From the NCBI GenBank assembly GCA_025201805.1, contig MU619351.1, forward strand, positions 41,606 through 105,605: a stretch of DNA of 64,000 nt, read 5' to 3'. Below are positions 25,489 through 39,164 of this stretch, one piece after another. Under the pieces are notes generated by a model that was given only the letters and a program-made list of their open reading frames with translations, was not told the DNA's origin and made no database searches. The translations under genes were made by a program, and so were the position numbers. Source of the DNA: Parasitella parasitica NRRL 2501. Lineage: Eukaryota > Fungi > Mucoromycota. Position 1 is the stretch's first letter. Each line of letters starts with the position of its first letter.

Positions 25489-27203
25489 ATGACTTCTCAA
25501 CATTCCATCATCATTGATTCAACACACGTTACATCTAATCATCAGTTAGCAGATAAATTGCATAAAGCCGATTTCAATCAGCCTGCAAAAATATTTCAAA
25601 ATAAGCATGCCATCCATCAATTTGAAAATGTTACTCCAGATGTATCCATGCCCGGCACACCATTATTGACACCACATCGATACCATGGCAACAATAATGA
25701 TGGAGCATCATCAGCGGCTTCATCGGTTGGATTTCCCTCACCTTCGTTACCACCTACAGCGGTGCACACTCCACCATCCTTATCTCCTCAACATAGTGGG
25801 GATGAGAACGTCAGCAATACAAAAAAATCATCCTCTTCTGACGATATATCTTCAACTGCATCATTCTCAATTGATGCAAAGGGCATCCCTCATTCTGCAA
25901 GTGTTTCATCATTACCTGTTCGACCTACTACACCGTCTCAATTCATATTTAAAAGACCAACATACAACAAAGAGTATCATCACACACATTTCCATCATCT
26001 GGAGAAAAAGGAAACAATTTTCAAAGACCTGAAGAAACTGTTCAAGGGTGACAAGAATAAAAAGAGATCTTCCAAGAAGGACACTGACAAGAAATCAAAA
26101 TCACCATCCATCAAAAGCTCGAGCGAGCTTTCGTTTGCTAACGAGTTTAATCGAGATCTGGAAGGCAAATATGGCAAATGGGGTAAGTTGTTTATTAGTA
26201 ATATGCGTGTTTTAAAAAAAATTCTAACTGTGAGTGAATAAAAGGCCGCTTTGTTGGCAAGGGTGCAGGTGGCTCTGTTCGTTTGATCCGTCGTAGCACA
26301 GACGGAAAAACATTTGCAGTTAAACAATTTCGAAAGAGATCGCCTAACGAACCCGAAAAAGAATACATAAAAAAGGTTACCGCTGAATTCTGTATCGGGT
26401 CTACCTTACATCACATCAATGTAATTGAAACACTAGACATCATCCAAGAAGGCCAGAACTTTTATGAGATTATGGAGTTTGCGCCTAATGATCTATTCAA
26501 CATTGTCATGAGCGGAAAGATGTCTCGCGAAGAAGTTGCCTGTTGCTGGCGCCAGCTGTTGAACGGTGTCTCCTATATGCAAAGCATGGGCTTAGCTCAC
26601 AGAGATCTGAAGCTGGATAATTTGGTTCTGGACGAACGTGGCATTGTAAAGATTATTGATTTTGGCTGTGCTGTTGTCAATAAATATCCTCACGAAACAA
26701 GAGTGCATAAATCCAAGGGCATTTGCGGCTCTGACCCTTATATTGCGCCTGAGCAATTCACAGAGCCAGATTACGATGCCCGTCTTACTGATCTGTGGTC
26801 TTGTGCCATTGTCTTTATTTGCATGTCGATTCGTCGTTTCCCATGGCGTTTGCCTCGTCCTGAAAAAGACCAATCTTACAAGAACTTTGTCACTCCATCC
26901 ACGCTCGGCGCTGACAAGCTGTTCAAAATGCTGCCCCGTGAATCAAGACCCATTATGAAACGTATTCTTAACCCTGACCCTCTGGAGCGCTGCACATTGG
27001 AGCAAGTTTTGGAAGACGAGTGGGTCAAGAACATCCCTATGTGCACACACGCAGCACCTGAACTGTCTCATGCACATCACCTTGCAGTTGAACCTAGTCC
27101 AGAAGTCAAGGAAACCTGCAACATTGTTGTGCTCGACATTGCTCCTTCTGTTTCTGCTGAAGATGAGAAACCTTCTTCATCAGGCAAATCAAACAGAAAA
27201 TAG
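25489..27203 (+). CDS. HAL/NPR1-family (Sat4/Hrk1-like) Ser/Thr protein kinase
   Basis: Intron 26183-26244; [59 protein letters not shown]. Confidence 0.93.
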
Positions 27204-27306
27204 ATTAATTTATACGTGTATATAATGTGATTCCCCACCCCCCTTTTTTTTCTGTAAACATATATATAGCATCTCTTCATTCTGCATAGATATAATAATA
27301 AACATC

Positions 27307-27702
27307 TTATTTATTTCGTTCTTGAATCAATTTCTCAACTGCATCTAGTGTAGGCGATCCAATCGCGGCTTTTCCCTTTTCCCAGTCTACTACTATGGGA
27401 CAATTGAGCAAATCCGGCTTTTTTTCTAATGCTTTGAATGCGTCATGTGCATTAGTAATTTGATCATTCAGCATCATTTCCTTCCAGGGCGTAGGGCTGC
27501 TGAGAAAGCTGGCGATTTGTTTGAGCTGTGTGTCGGTAGGCGCTTGCTGATTTTCATCAATGACATCAATGCGATATCTCTCTTCTCCAGATGCGTTCTT
27601 TTGTTTGTTTTCAAGCAAGGCAAGCGCCGCTTTGGATCTTTCAGACTTGATATTATGAAATAATGTTAGGATGGGCAAGGACCGAGGTGGACGAAAAGAC
27701 AT
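27307..27702 (-). CDS. FMP46: Mitochondrial thioredoxin/ArsC-like redox protein (Fmp46/DUF1687)
   Basis: ILTLFHN..S, PTDTQLKQI, PIVVDWEKGKA motifs. Confidence 0.78.
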   Translation of the reverse strand: MSFRPPRSLPILTLFHNIKSERSKAALALLENKQKNASGEERYRIDVIDENQQAPTDTQLKQIASFLSSPTPWKEMMLNDQITNAHDAFKALEKKPDLLNCPIVVDWEKGKAAIGSPTLDAVEKLIQERNK

Positions 27703-28122
27703 TTTTTGCTTGTGAAAAGAATATGGGAAAGAAAAAAAGAGACGTTACTCAGGTTTGGACAAACATCGCGTAGCAATCTTAGTGGATAGCGAATTGGGAT
27801 GACGGTATATACATGTCAACTGGCCCATTGTACAATAGATAGTGTAGCAAAGTGCGCTGGCAGTATTGGAAAACGTTTACCCTGTTTCTAGTAATACAAA
27901 ATGTCAACAAACAAATGTCACAGAGCTCTTTCATTTATGCAGCGGACTTGTGTAAAATGCTACATGTTAATGCAAACCCAAGAAGAAAGTTGCATTTAAT
28001 GCAATGGTTAACGTTCATAAATACATGAATATACGGTGACGTACCATGCCTATTCCAGATGTTTTGTCTTGCGAGGTGTTTGTTTATAGTAGCTTATTTC
28101 CTCTTTCTATCTACCATTAAAA

Positions 28123-28126
<4 letters not shown>

Positions 28127-28159
<33 letters not shown>
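28127..28159. repeat. (CT)n microsatellite in the ACO1 5' region
   Basis: Direct reading. Confidence 0.92.
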
Positions 28160-28161
<2 letters not shown>

Positions 28162-28182
28162 CTCTCTATTCTTTAGTTGTAA

Positions 28183-30690
28183 ATGCTTCTCTCCAGAAAC
28201 GTGTTCTTGAATGTGGCCAAGGTTAGTATTGTATGTGACAATTGCTTTGTCTCATCTAATCGACTTTGTACAAAAGACATCTCTGTCAGCTCGGTCCTAC
28301 AGCTTAGCCTCTCATAAAGTAGCCATGTCTAACTTTGAGCCTGACAAGTATATAAACTACCAGCGCATTGAAGATAACCTCCAGATTGTAAGAAAGCGGT
28401 TAGTAACTAAAAGCTGCGTTGTTGGCACATACGCATGCTCACACAACAATGCAGATTGAATCGTCCCTTGACGTTGTCTGAAAAAATTGTCTATGGCCAT
28501 CTAGACGAGCCTGAAACGCAAGATATCGAGCGTGGCAAGTCCTACCTCAGATTGCGTCCAGATCGTGTTGCATGCCAGGATGCTACAGCCCAAATGGCAT
28601 TGCTACAGTTTATGTCTGCAGGTCTACCATCTGTTCAGGTCCCAACCACTGTCCATTGTGATCACTTGATCGAAGCTCAAGTTGGTGGCAGTAAAGATCT
28701 TTCTCGCGCCATCGACATGAACAAGGAGGTATACGACTTCTTGGCCACTTGCACTGCTAAATACGATATTGGTTTTTGGAAGCCAGGATCTGGTATCATC
28801 CACCAGATTATTCTAGAAAACTATGCTTTCCCGGGTGGCCTCATGATTGGCACCGATTCTCATACACCAAATGCTGGCGGATTGGGCATGGTGGCTATTG
28901 GTGTGGGTGGTGCTGATGCGGTAGATGTCATGGCAGGTATTCCCTGGGAACTCAAATGTCCCAATGTCATTGGCGTCAAATTGCATGGCAAATTGCATGG
29001 CTGGACGTCTCCCAAAGACATTATATTGAAAGTTGCTGGTATCCTCACCGTCAAGGGTGGCACTGGCGCTATAGTCGAGTATTTTGGCGATGGCGTGGAT
29101 TCCATCTCCTGCACTGGTATGGGCACTATTTGTAATATGGGTGCTGAAATAGGCGCAACTACATCTTTATTCCCTTTCAATAATCGTATGAGTGATTATC
29201 TCTGTGCAACAAAGCGAGGCAGCATTGCCAAGTATGCAGAATCTTTTGCTTACAACTTAAAGGCTGATCCGGATGCCCATTACGACCAAGTCATTGATAT
29301 TGATCTGGATAAGCTTGAACCTCACATCAATGGGCCATTTACCCCAGATTTGGCTACTCCTCTGTCTAAATTCAAGGAAACCCTCCATAAAAATGACTGG
29401 CCGCAAGAGCTTAAAGTAGGCCTGATCGGTTCTTGCACAAACTCTTCGTACGAGGACATGGCTCGCTCAGCATCTCTTGCCAAGCAAGCTACTGATCACG
29501 GCATCAAGACTAAAAGTAAATTCACTATAACCCCAGGCTCAGAGCAAATTCGTGCGACTATTGAACGCGATGGCATTATGGACATCTTGACTAGTGCTGG
29601 TGGTATTGTTTTGGCTAATGCATGTGGACCCTGTATCGGTCAATGGGATCGTAAAGATGTGCAAAAGGGCGAAAAGAACTCCATCATTACTTCATACAAC
29701 CGCAATTTCACTGGTCGCAATGATGCCAATCCTGCCACTCACGCGTTTGTGGCTTCCCCTGAACTTGTTACCGCAATTACCATCTCAGGCGACATGACCT
29801 TCAACCCCATTACCGATTCGCTGATCGATTCCAATGGAAAGCCCTTCAAACTGGAAGCTCCCAATGGTCATGAATTGCCTCCTCGCGGATACGATCCTGG
29901 AGAAAACACCTTTCAAGCACCTCCCGCTGAGCGTAGTCAAGTCGATGTTGCAATTGATCCCAAGTCTAACCGCCTTCAGCTGTTGAAGCCTTTTGCAAAA
30001 TGGGATGGAAAAGATATTACCAATGCCCCTATTTTGATCAAGGTTCAAGGTAAATGTACCACGGATCACATCTCCATGGCCGGTCCTTGGCTTAAATACC
30101 GCGGCCACTTGGATAATATTAGCAACAACTTCCTCATTGGCGCAAAGAGTAGCGAAGGTAAAGTTAATAGCATCAAGAATGCCTTTACTGGAGAATACAA
30201 GGGAGTACCTGAAACTGCCCGAGATTATAAGAAGGCTGGTGTCCGTTGGATTGTTGTAGGCGACGAAAATTACGGTGAAGGATCTTCACGTGAACATGCT
30301 GCTTTGGAGCCTCGATTCCTCAACGGCGCTGCAATCATTACTAAATCTTTTGCTCGTATTCATGAAACCAATCTTAAAAAGCAAGGTATGCTTCCCTTGA
30401 CTTTTGCAAATCCTAAGGATTACGACAAAGTTGAGGCTACCGACAAGGTGGATATTCTTGGCTTGACAGATTTCCAAGAAGGAAAGCCTTTGACGCTTCG
30501 CTTACACAAAACAAATGGCTCTACTGTCGATATTCCTTTGGATCACACTTTTAATAACCAACAGATTGAATGGTTTAAACACGGGTATGATGTTGTATTG
30601 TGAATGTCTTTCTTGTTACTCATTCATTTTTTCTTTAGATCTGCCCTTAATCTCATGAAGGAAAACAGTGCCATAAACAAACAGTCGTAA
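28183..30690 (+). CDS. ACO1: Mitochondrial aconitate hydratase
   Basis: [64 protein letters not shown]; 4 exons. Confidence 0.98.
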
Positions 30691-30996
30691 GCATGACCAG
30701 AATGATTTAAACCAGCATATAATATTCAAGGGATATACATGGAACTCGTTTGCAATTGTCATAATAAAATGGACATAATAAAACCTATGCAAGCATAATA
30801 CACTCTTGTCTTTGAATATCGAATCTTTTCTCAAAGTCTTCTAACGCACTGTAGTATATTACTATTTATGTAAGATAAAATATCTCGCACATTCACCACC
30901 CAAATCCTAGAGAAGGTGACCAAGGTTTATTGAGATATTTTGTAGGTGCGTTGATCCAATCGTTATAAATATATCACTGAATGTCACTTTATGACG

Positions 30997-32367
30997 CTAA
31001 AGACGACTTTTACAGAAATGAATCATTCGCTGAATATTTCGTAATTCGCTCTCTTTTTTACGGTCTTCACGGTAGAATACACCAGTTGCGTATTGATAGT
31101 CGTATTCAGTTGGTATGATTCTTTCTCTCTCGCAAATCTGTTTAGCTAACTTTGAACGTCGGTGATTAATAAGTCGTTGTGAAACCAATGTGAACTGATG
31201 TGTAGTGTTTAATACTTGACGAATCTGAGTGGCTCCAGGAGAAATGGCTCCGTAATTTTTTTGAAGCATTGCTGTCTCTTGCTGTTGTTGTTTACAGTAT
31301 TTAAGATAAAATCTCTGTTGTTGTTCATCAAGGCTTTGAAACATGGCTTCTTCATTGATATTATTATACTCCAAAACAGCAGATGGAAGGATTTCATCTT
31401 TTGCTTCCGCGTGAGCTTGATATGTCTCTCCTGAACAAGTCTTCCAGTCATCAATTTCGGCTTGAAGCCTATTGTTGCATTTACAAAAAAAAAAAAAAAA
31501 CTAGATTAAGAAGCCTACACACGAATCCACATCTGCCACAACTACATCTTACATCCTGTTGTTTTGCGTCAATGTATCCAATTTTTCTTTGTTGCGTATA
31601 TTTATCGGGTTTTCCTGTTCTTCAAGTTCTTCCATTTTGTCAGGTCTGTTGTACCAGGAAAGATTAACATCTCCTCTTTTCAAACCATCGATGAACTTTA
31701 TTTTCAATTCTTTGGCAATGACTTTGGTTTGTACAGCCTTTGGGTCTCCTTGAGTTTCTGGTGCAATGTCCTTATTCAGCTCTCTTTCAGCAATCCATAT
31801 TAACAACTGTCGTGTCTTGCCTATTGGTGTTAATTTGCGTGACGCATAGATATAAAGATCTGATAATTTGACATGAGAAGGAGGTGCTGGTGCTATTATT
31901 TTAAGTATCGAATAAATCTGTATGTACAGTATCTGTGCTAAGGTATAAAATGTACCTACCATTTAGCCCTACAGACGAACTGGTAGATGTGTGGGATATT
32001 GTTGTTGCTGATGCTCTTAGGTTGAACGAGACAAGTTTCTCATCTACCACTGACTCTGTAGCTGTTGAAGTTGAAGATACGGAATTAAACGCATAGCGAT
32101 TGTGCACTGGTGGCCGTGATTCACTTTCATATACTGGAGGATATGGCTCTGGTGTTGGAGTAAACTGTAGTCTAGTTAAGACATATTTTCTTTGGCATTA
32201 TTTCGAGTAAAAAAAATAATAACTCACAGCAAGATATTCGATAGGATTAGCCCTTCGGTAAAAAAATCCTGGATCAAATCTCCCTGGAAGAGCATGCCAT
32301 TATTATTATACCAATGCATAAATAATTTAAAGAGCTTACAAGTTTGTCTACGCTTAGAATCCTGCAT
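30997..32367 (-). CDS. DSN1: Kinetochore Mis12-complex subunit Dsn1/Mis13-like
   Basis: PPSHVKLSDLY..RQLLIWIA..LSWYNRP..ENPINIRN pattern typical of Mis13/Dsn1; 5' exons inferred from splice signals. Confidence 0.6.
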
Positions 32368-33079
32368 GTTTACAAGCTCAAATGCTATCGTATGTAAGTC
32401 TGTATTTGTTCATTCAAAAAACATATTTGTAATTTACAAACTGTGAAGGTAATATTTATGCTTCTTTAGTTTACAAGAAGACAAAAGGCCAATAATGGCG
32501 AATAAACTTGTGTTTTATTAGCTCGATCCTATTTTATAAAAGCCAGCCGTCATATATTGAGGTTCATCAGTAACATCAAATATATATTACAGGCGTTATC
32601 CAAAAGCTTTTAAATGCATTGTTTCTTGAACTGAAAAAATCCATTTAGCGTTGTAAACAAACTTTACCAGCTCGACTGTACGAAAGAATAAACAAGACAC
32701 ACAGATTCAAATAGAGTAATAAAATGAGCACCGTTGCCTTTGCTATATTCCTCTACCGACGCCATTACCATTTAGTCTTTGGATATGTGCCGTACGTTTA
32801 CATCCAAGCGGCTCTAAATCAAAACTTATTTACAAAGACAAAATTCAAAAAAATTAAGCTATCAGAAGGTAAAGACAGTTGACTCTGATGCTACAAGAGT
32901 GGGCATATGTATAGAGATCTGTCACTGCAGTCTGACCAAGAAGGAGATTTTGCATTTGGTGGTGTACAACACACACCAATGAGCACATCCAATCATATCC
33001 AACAAGCCAAACAATATAAAATAGCTTCTGAAAGGAAGCAAGTAAATTTTCTCCTTCCTCTTTTTTATTTGTATCCAAT

Positions 33080-33910
33080 ATGAGGTAAATTCAAGCATCC
33101 ATCCATCTATCTATCCATTTATCCATCCATCCATCCACGTCTTTCCTGTATAAATCCATCTGTATGATCTTTGAAATTGTACAGATTGGCTCTTATACCC
33201 ACATCTTTGACATTGCCCTGATCAAATTAGTATAAAAGCTAACATTCAAACATGATTTTTGTAGTAAGGTTAGCGCTTCTGCCGTCAGAGAACTTGTCAA
33301 CCAAATCCAAGCCGCCTCTGCTGAAAAGCAACGCAAGTTTGTTGAAACCATCGAACTTCAAATTGGTTTGAAGAACTACGATCCCCAACGTGATAAGCGT
33401 TTCTCTGGTACCATCAAGCTCCCCAACGTTGCTCGTCCCCGTATGACCGTCTGTGTTCTCGGTGATGCTTTCCACTGTGATCAAGCCAAGAGTGCCGGTA
33501 TGGAATTCCAATCCGTTGACGATCTCAAGAAGCTCAACAAGAACAAGAAGCTCATCAAGAAGCTCGCCAAGAAGTACGATGCTTTCCTTGCTTCCGAAGC
33601 TTTGATCAAGCAAATTCCTCGTCTTTTGGGTCCTGGTCTCCACAAGGTCGGTAAGTTCCCTACTCCCGTCTCTCACAACGACTCCTTGACCGATAAGGCC
33701 AACGAAATCCGTGCCACCATCAAGTTCCAGTTGAAGAAGGTTCTCTGTCTTGGTGTTGCTATTGGCCACGTTGGTATGACCGAAGATGAATTGATCTCCA
33801 ACATCATGTTGTCTGTCAACTTCCTCGTTTCCTTGTTGAAGAAGCACTGGCAAAACGTCAAGTCTTTGTACTTGAAGTCTTCCATGGGTAAGCCTTACCG
33901 TCTCTTCTAA
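33080..33910 (+). CDS. RPL1: 60S ribosomal protein uL1 (L1/L10A)
   Basis: 5-nt first coding exon ATGAG, intron 33085-33264, then ..[33 protein letters not shown]; strong codon bias. Confidence 0.97.
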
Positions 33911-34668
33911 GGCTGCAAACATACTTTTTTTTTGAGAGGGTATATATGTCTTGATTTTATGCGTGAACAAACTGACGGTGAACCAAGATTTTGGACACAG
34001 GTGCCAATATCATTTGGGAGCTCATAACTTTTTGGTTGTATATAATTTATTTTATTTACAATTTTATATATACATTCTACATTAAAAACGTGTTTAAAAA
34101 ACATTTAAAATCCAAGTTTGTGTATTATTTTGTTGATCATCATTTACTCCAAAGCAAAGACAGTTGCCAGGATACGAAAACTGTTTCAGCATACGCTAAA
34201 TATCAGTGAATCATGAGCGCAGCAAACCCTTTGAGTGTAATAATTGTGGCTTACCAACGATATTAGTAGTTAGGATATTGTTTACTGATAAAAATATATC
34301 TTAGTCATTTGATGCGGTGAATACTATTGCTAATGCTACTTCTAATCATGCCATAGCAAGTGAGTACGTTAGATTTTTCTTGCTGCAGTTTAACTAGTAA
34401 TAATGAATCGGGGCCATGATTCATATTACATTGAGAAGCACATTTCTGCAATCAAACTGAACTGCTCGATAGATCGTGTTGACGCATTGAATTTGATCTT
34501 TTTTGGCTTTGTCCAACTGACTTGATTGGGCAACGATATCAATTTGGTTGACCAGTGACATTGGTTTTGATTGGCTGTGACATTACTGACTGGAAGCACT
34601 GTACATAGCAAGGATTTTGGTAACCCAGTACATTTTGTTTACCATCGATATTCTTACTGCGAATTATT

Positions 34669-37623
34669 ATGCTTTCCAGTATTATTCGCTCAAGTAGGGC
34701 TACAATACACCCTAGAACAACAGCAGCCCGACCTAGAGTGGCGCTGCATCATCTGCACAATACACCAGTTCGCCAAATACCCCCATCCTTGCTTTTTCAT
34801 TCAGGGCGAGCTCATACATATCATACTACCACTCCTTTGGCACTGCGGCCCCAAGTTAGAGCCATCAGCTTATGGACACTTCCAAAGCTGGCCTTAAGGA
34901 CCGTACGCATGCCTTTTATTGTTGCCGGGACAACCATCACAACGGCAAGCATTGCCTCAACTAAATTCCAAGGTAAATCTTTGTCTGGCCATACTATGAG
35001 ATGGTTTCTCAATCCAAATATAGATTTGGCAAACAAAAGCAAAGGATTTGTTCAGGACAGTTTATACTCTATCGAAGCAGCCTTTCAAAAGGCCCAAAAT
35101 GTAATGGACAACGTAGACTTATCAATCCCAGAAATGCATCTACGGTTGCCTCAGTCTGTTCGAAATTTACTCTTGTCAAAGACGACCAAAATAGAAGAAA
35201 CCAAGGTTGTAAGTTATAATTCAACAAACAGAAAATCTGGAAGTGGCGGTGGTGAAGGAGGAAACAACGGAGGAGGAGATTCTTCCGCTGCTGCAGCGGC
35301 AGTGGCAGCAGCAGCAGGATTTACGCTATACTCAAATGAGGAGGACGAGGCGAAAGAAGAAGAAGAAGAAGGCGAGAATGATCCCATCGAAAAAACCCGC
35401 AGCAAAAAGAAAAGGAAGAATGATTATGGAATCAGTGTTCAGGACGAACAGTTGATGATGCTCACAAAGAAATTGATAGAGATTCGCAGCATTTTAATGT
35501 CTATTGACCACAACGAGACCTTAAAATTGCCCAGCATAGTTGTCATCGGATCGCAAAGTTCTGGCAAAAGTTCTGTGCTCGAAGCGATTGTTGGCCATGA
35601 ATTTCTTCCAAAGTAAGTGCGGTTATACCAGAGTGTGAGAAACTGCTTTTAATATGGCATCTCAGAGGAAGCAACATGGTTACCAGGAGGCCCATTGAAT
35701 TGACACTGATCCACACGCCTCACCAAGACGAAGAGTATGGCGAATTCCCTGACCTCGGCTTGGGAAAGATCTTTGATTTCAAAAAGATCCAAAAGACACT
35801 GATGGATTTGAACATGGCCGTTTCTGAATCTGAGTGCGTGTCTGACAAGCCCATTGAACTGCGGGTCTATTCTCCCAACGTTCCAGACCTGACTCTAATT
35901 GATTTGCCAGGATACATCCAGATATCAAATAGGAACCAGCCTGAAACGCTAAAGAACAAGATTGAGGATTTGTGCGAAAAGTATATTCGTGGACCCAACA
36001 TTATTTTAGCTGTTTGCAGCGCTAATGTCGATTTAGCCAATTCTCCTGCGCTCAAGGCCAGCCGAAAATGGGACCCTCTTGGACTTCGTACAATTGGTGT
36101 TATCACCAAAATGGACCTCGTACCACCTCAGGTCGGTGCTGCCATCCTTCGGAATACTGATTATCCACTTCACTTGGGGTACATTGGAGTTGTTTGCAAG
36201 GCTCCTGAAAACATGGCAGACACAAACATGACTCGGGCTTTGGTCAAGAACGAAGAATCGTTTTTCAGATCGCACCTCATCTTCAACCAACGAGACATTC
36301 AAGTCGGCACTTCGACGCTACGACACAAGTTGATGAACGTATTAGAGCAAAGTATGGGAAAGTCATTGTACAGCATTGTAGATGCAGTGCAGCGCGAATT
36401 GGAAGAGGCTAGGTATCAGTTTAAAGTGCAGTACAACGACAGACGAGTTACGGCTGAATCGTACGTTGCAGAGACCATGGACTGCTTAAAGCATGATTTC
36501 AAAGACTTTGCCAACAATTTTGGTAAGCCCCAAGTACGACATGAAGTGCGCACGATGCTGGAGCAGAGGGTGCTTGACATATGCGCCGAACAATACTGGT
36601 GCGACCCTAAAATTGCGGAATTACCAAAGGCCTCATCAGAAGACATCTATTGGCTGTACAAGGTAGACTTCGCATCAGCCGCGCTAACAAAGAGTGGCAT
36701 TGGCAGATCAACGACCCAATTGGTCGTGGACGTATTGATGAACAATATGGAGAGATTGGCCAATGCAGAATCTTTCAGCTGTCATCCGGAGACTAGAAAT
36801 CAGATTATGAAGTTTACAAGTGAGATCCTGAGGACAAAATTCCTAGCCACCAGTGACCAGGTCGAGAATACTATCAAGCCTTACAAATTTGAAGTAGAAG
36901 TAACTGACAGTGAGTGGAATGATGGAGTCAAACGCTCCATTAGCTTACTCGAGAAAGAGCTTGAATTGTGCGATGAGATGGCAAGTTCCATCAAGAACTC
37001 GGTAGGCAAAAAAAAGCTGAACAGTGCCATAAACTACGTGCTTGATAAAGAGAAAGAAGAGACCAAACGCCAAGGGAGTGCTCAACAAGATGATGCAGAG
37101 GAAGAAGAAGAGGAGGAAGTCGTCAAGTCATTATATAACCCCAAGCTGCTTGAGAAGGCCAAAGACACCATTTATCTGCGAGATAGAGCTATAATTCTCA
37201 AGTATAGAATTGCAGCACTAAAGAGCCGTCAATGCAAATCGTCTGAAAATAAGCAATACTGCCCTGAAGCTTTTTTGAATGTGATTGCAGAAAAGCTGAC
37301 ATATACAGTAAGTGGAAACCATCTCTCAGAGGCTTTCTCGTGTTGATAACTTTTTTTCGTTGCAGGCTGTCATGTTTATTCAGGTTGAGTTATTAAACGA
37401 GTTCTTCTTTCAATTCCCTCGTGAGGTTGATAATAGATTGGTGTACGAGATGGATCGCCGTCAAATACAGCAGTTTGCAAGAGAAAATCCGCCCATTCAA
37501 AAACATCTTGAACTGCAAGAACGCAAAATGAAGCTGGAGGAGGTGATGGATAAATTAAATTATCTTGTTAAACGACAAGCAGATAGAGCTAATAACGCAA
37601 AACGCACTGCAAATTCTTATTAA
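34669..37623 (+). CDS. MGM1: Mitochondrial dynamin-like GTPase Mgm1/OPA1
   Basis: Presequence, [59 protein letters not shown]. Confidence 0.96.
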
Positions 37624-37780
37624 CCTTGTTGCACCAAATTATATAAACTTTTTTTTTTTTCTTTTTTTTTTTTGTAATCTTTAAAACCGAAATTAATAAA
37701 TACCCTTCTCTTTCTATTTTCAACATTCTTCTTCCTCTTTTTCCTTCCTGTCGTCTTGCTACATTTTCCCTTTAGACACT

Positions 37781-39118
37781 ATGAATCTTGCTGATAAAGA
37801 CTTTGTAGTTCAGCAGGACTTGCTAAATCAGCTGCAATATGATCTCCTGGCATTTGACGACTTGCATTTTTTAGCAGACGAGCAGATTAATAGTAGTAGA
37901 TCAGCTATGACAGATGCCACCGTCTCATTTCCACCGGAAAATGCCCTATCGACACCTTTGTCAACTCCAAATCACTGTACACCCTTGATGCATCCCCATG
38001 CAGAAGAATTGGAGGTAAAAATACAGATTCTGTTTTTTTTTGGCATGCCAAATATAGACATTTTGCTCTTAATTTGTATAATTACACTGTATATTTACAA
38101 TACTTTTGAATAGGAGTTTCTGACGCCTCTTGTGTCGCCAGCAATCACACCAAGCTACAACGAAATCTACCAATTTTTAGATCCGCCAAATGAGCAATAC
38201 TTTACACCTCTCAGCTCGCCTGCATTACTGCCTAATCTTGATCAGAGTAGCACGTTATCCACTTCTACACCTGTCAATGTGGCTCAGGATTCATACCTAC
38301 TAGCTCAGCAGCTGGCTCAAATTGAGCAAAAACAGCTCAAATTAAGAGAACAAATGAGGGTGTCACCGGCAGTATCCCCAAACTACCGAAAGAGCCCGCT
38401 GGCCTTGTTCTCTAGTAGAAATCAACCCCCTCCATCTCCCTTGCCCTATAGCAATAATAGCAAAAAAAGACCCAGTCTAAGACAAAAGATCGCACTAGCA
38501 AGTCCGCAACTGCATTCATCTCAAAATCATCATATTAGCCTTCCAACAATACCTGCTACACCTGGATCTCTCATGAAGATGAGTCACCATCTAAGTCAAG
38601 CACCACTAGGATCTCCCAGGCAAGAAAGAGACCTTGTAGACATCATCCCAGCATTACCGCCATCAGCTATAGTTGAATCACCTCCCAAGATAGCGAAAAG
38701 AAAGCTAGCACCCTACTCTCCTCTAAACACACCTTCACCAAGAGCGCTTAAACCTCTGATATCGCCATTCTTACAGCCTGATCTCCGAAACAGTAATTTG
38801 ATCATCCAGACTCCTGGAATAGAAAATAGACGTTCAGCACATAAAGTAGCAGAGCAAAGAAGGAGGGACACGCTGAAACAAAGCTTTGATTCTTTGAGGA
38901 AAGAAATTGTGGACATCATGGTGCAAGATTCAGATAAAGATGAAGTGTCTGTCAGAGAAGAAAAAGAGAAAGAAGTTAAATTGATGAGTAAAGTTTTATT
39001 GCTACAGCATTCATACGAATATATTGTTCGGCTCAAGTCGGATTCACGCCTGAAAGATGATAAAATATCAACCATGCAAACCGAGATTGATAGATTAAAA
39101 GAATTGACTCAAAGATAA
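37781..39118 (+). CDS. bHLH transcription factor, Pho4/NUC-1-like
   Basis: Intron 38015-38113; SP-rich FTPLSSPAL, PATPGSLM, LKPLISP; RRSAHKVAEQRRRDTLK..SKVLLLQHSYEYI. Confidence 0.85.
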
Positions 39119-39164
39119 AGGAATAAAACATGCTCAATTTTTCATAGCTGAAGAGAAGGACAGA

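Noticed and set aside
33164-33222. C/D box snoRNA in the RPL1 intron
   Set aside because: A CTGA is present but the C box (ATGATCT) is poor and I could not match a guide to rRNA; not called as a feature.
33239-33970. 243-aa antisense ORF over RPL1
   Set aside because: Shadow ORF caused by the strong codon bias of a highly expressed gene.
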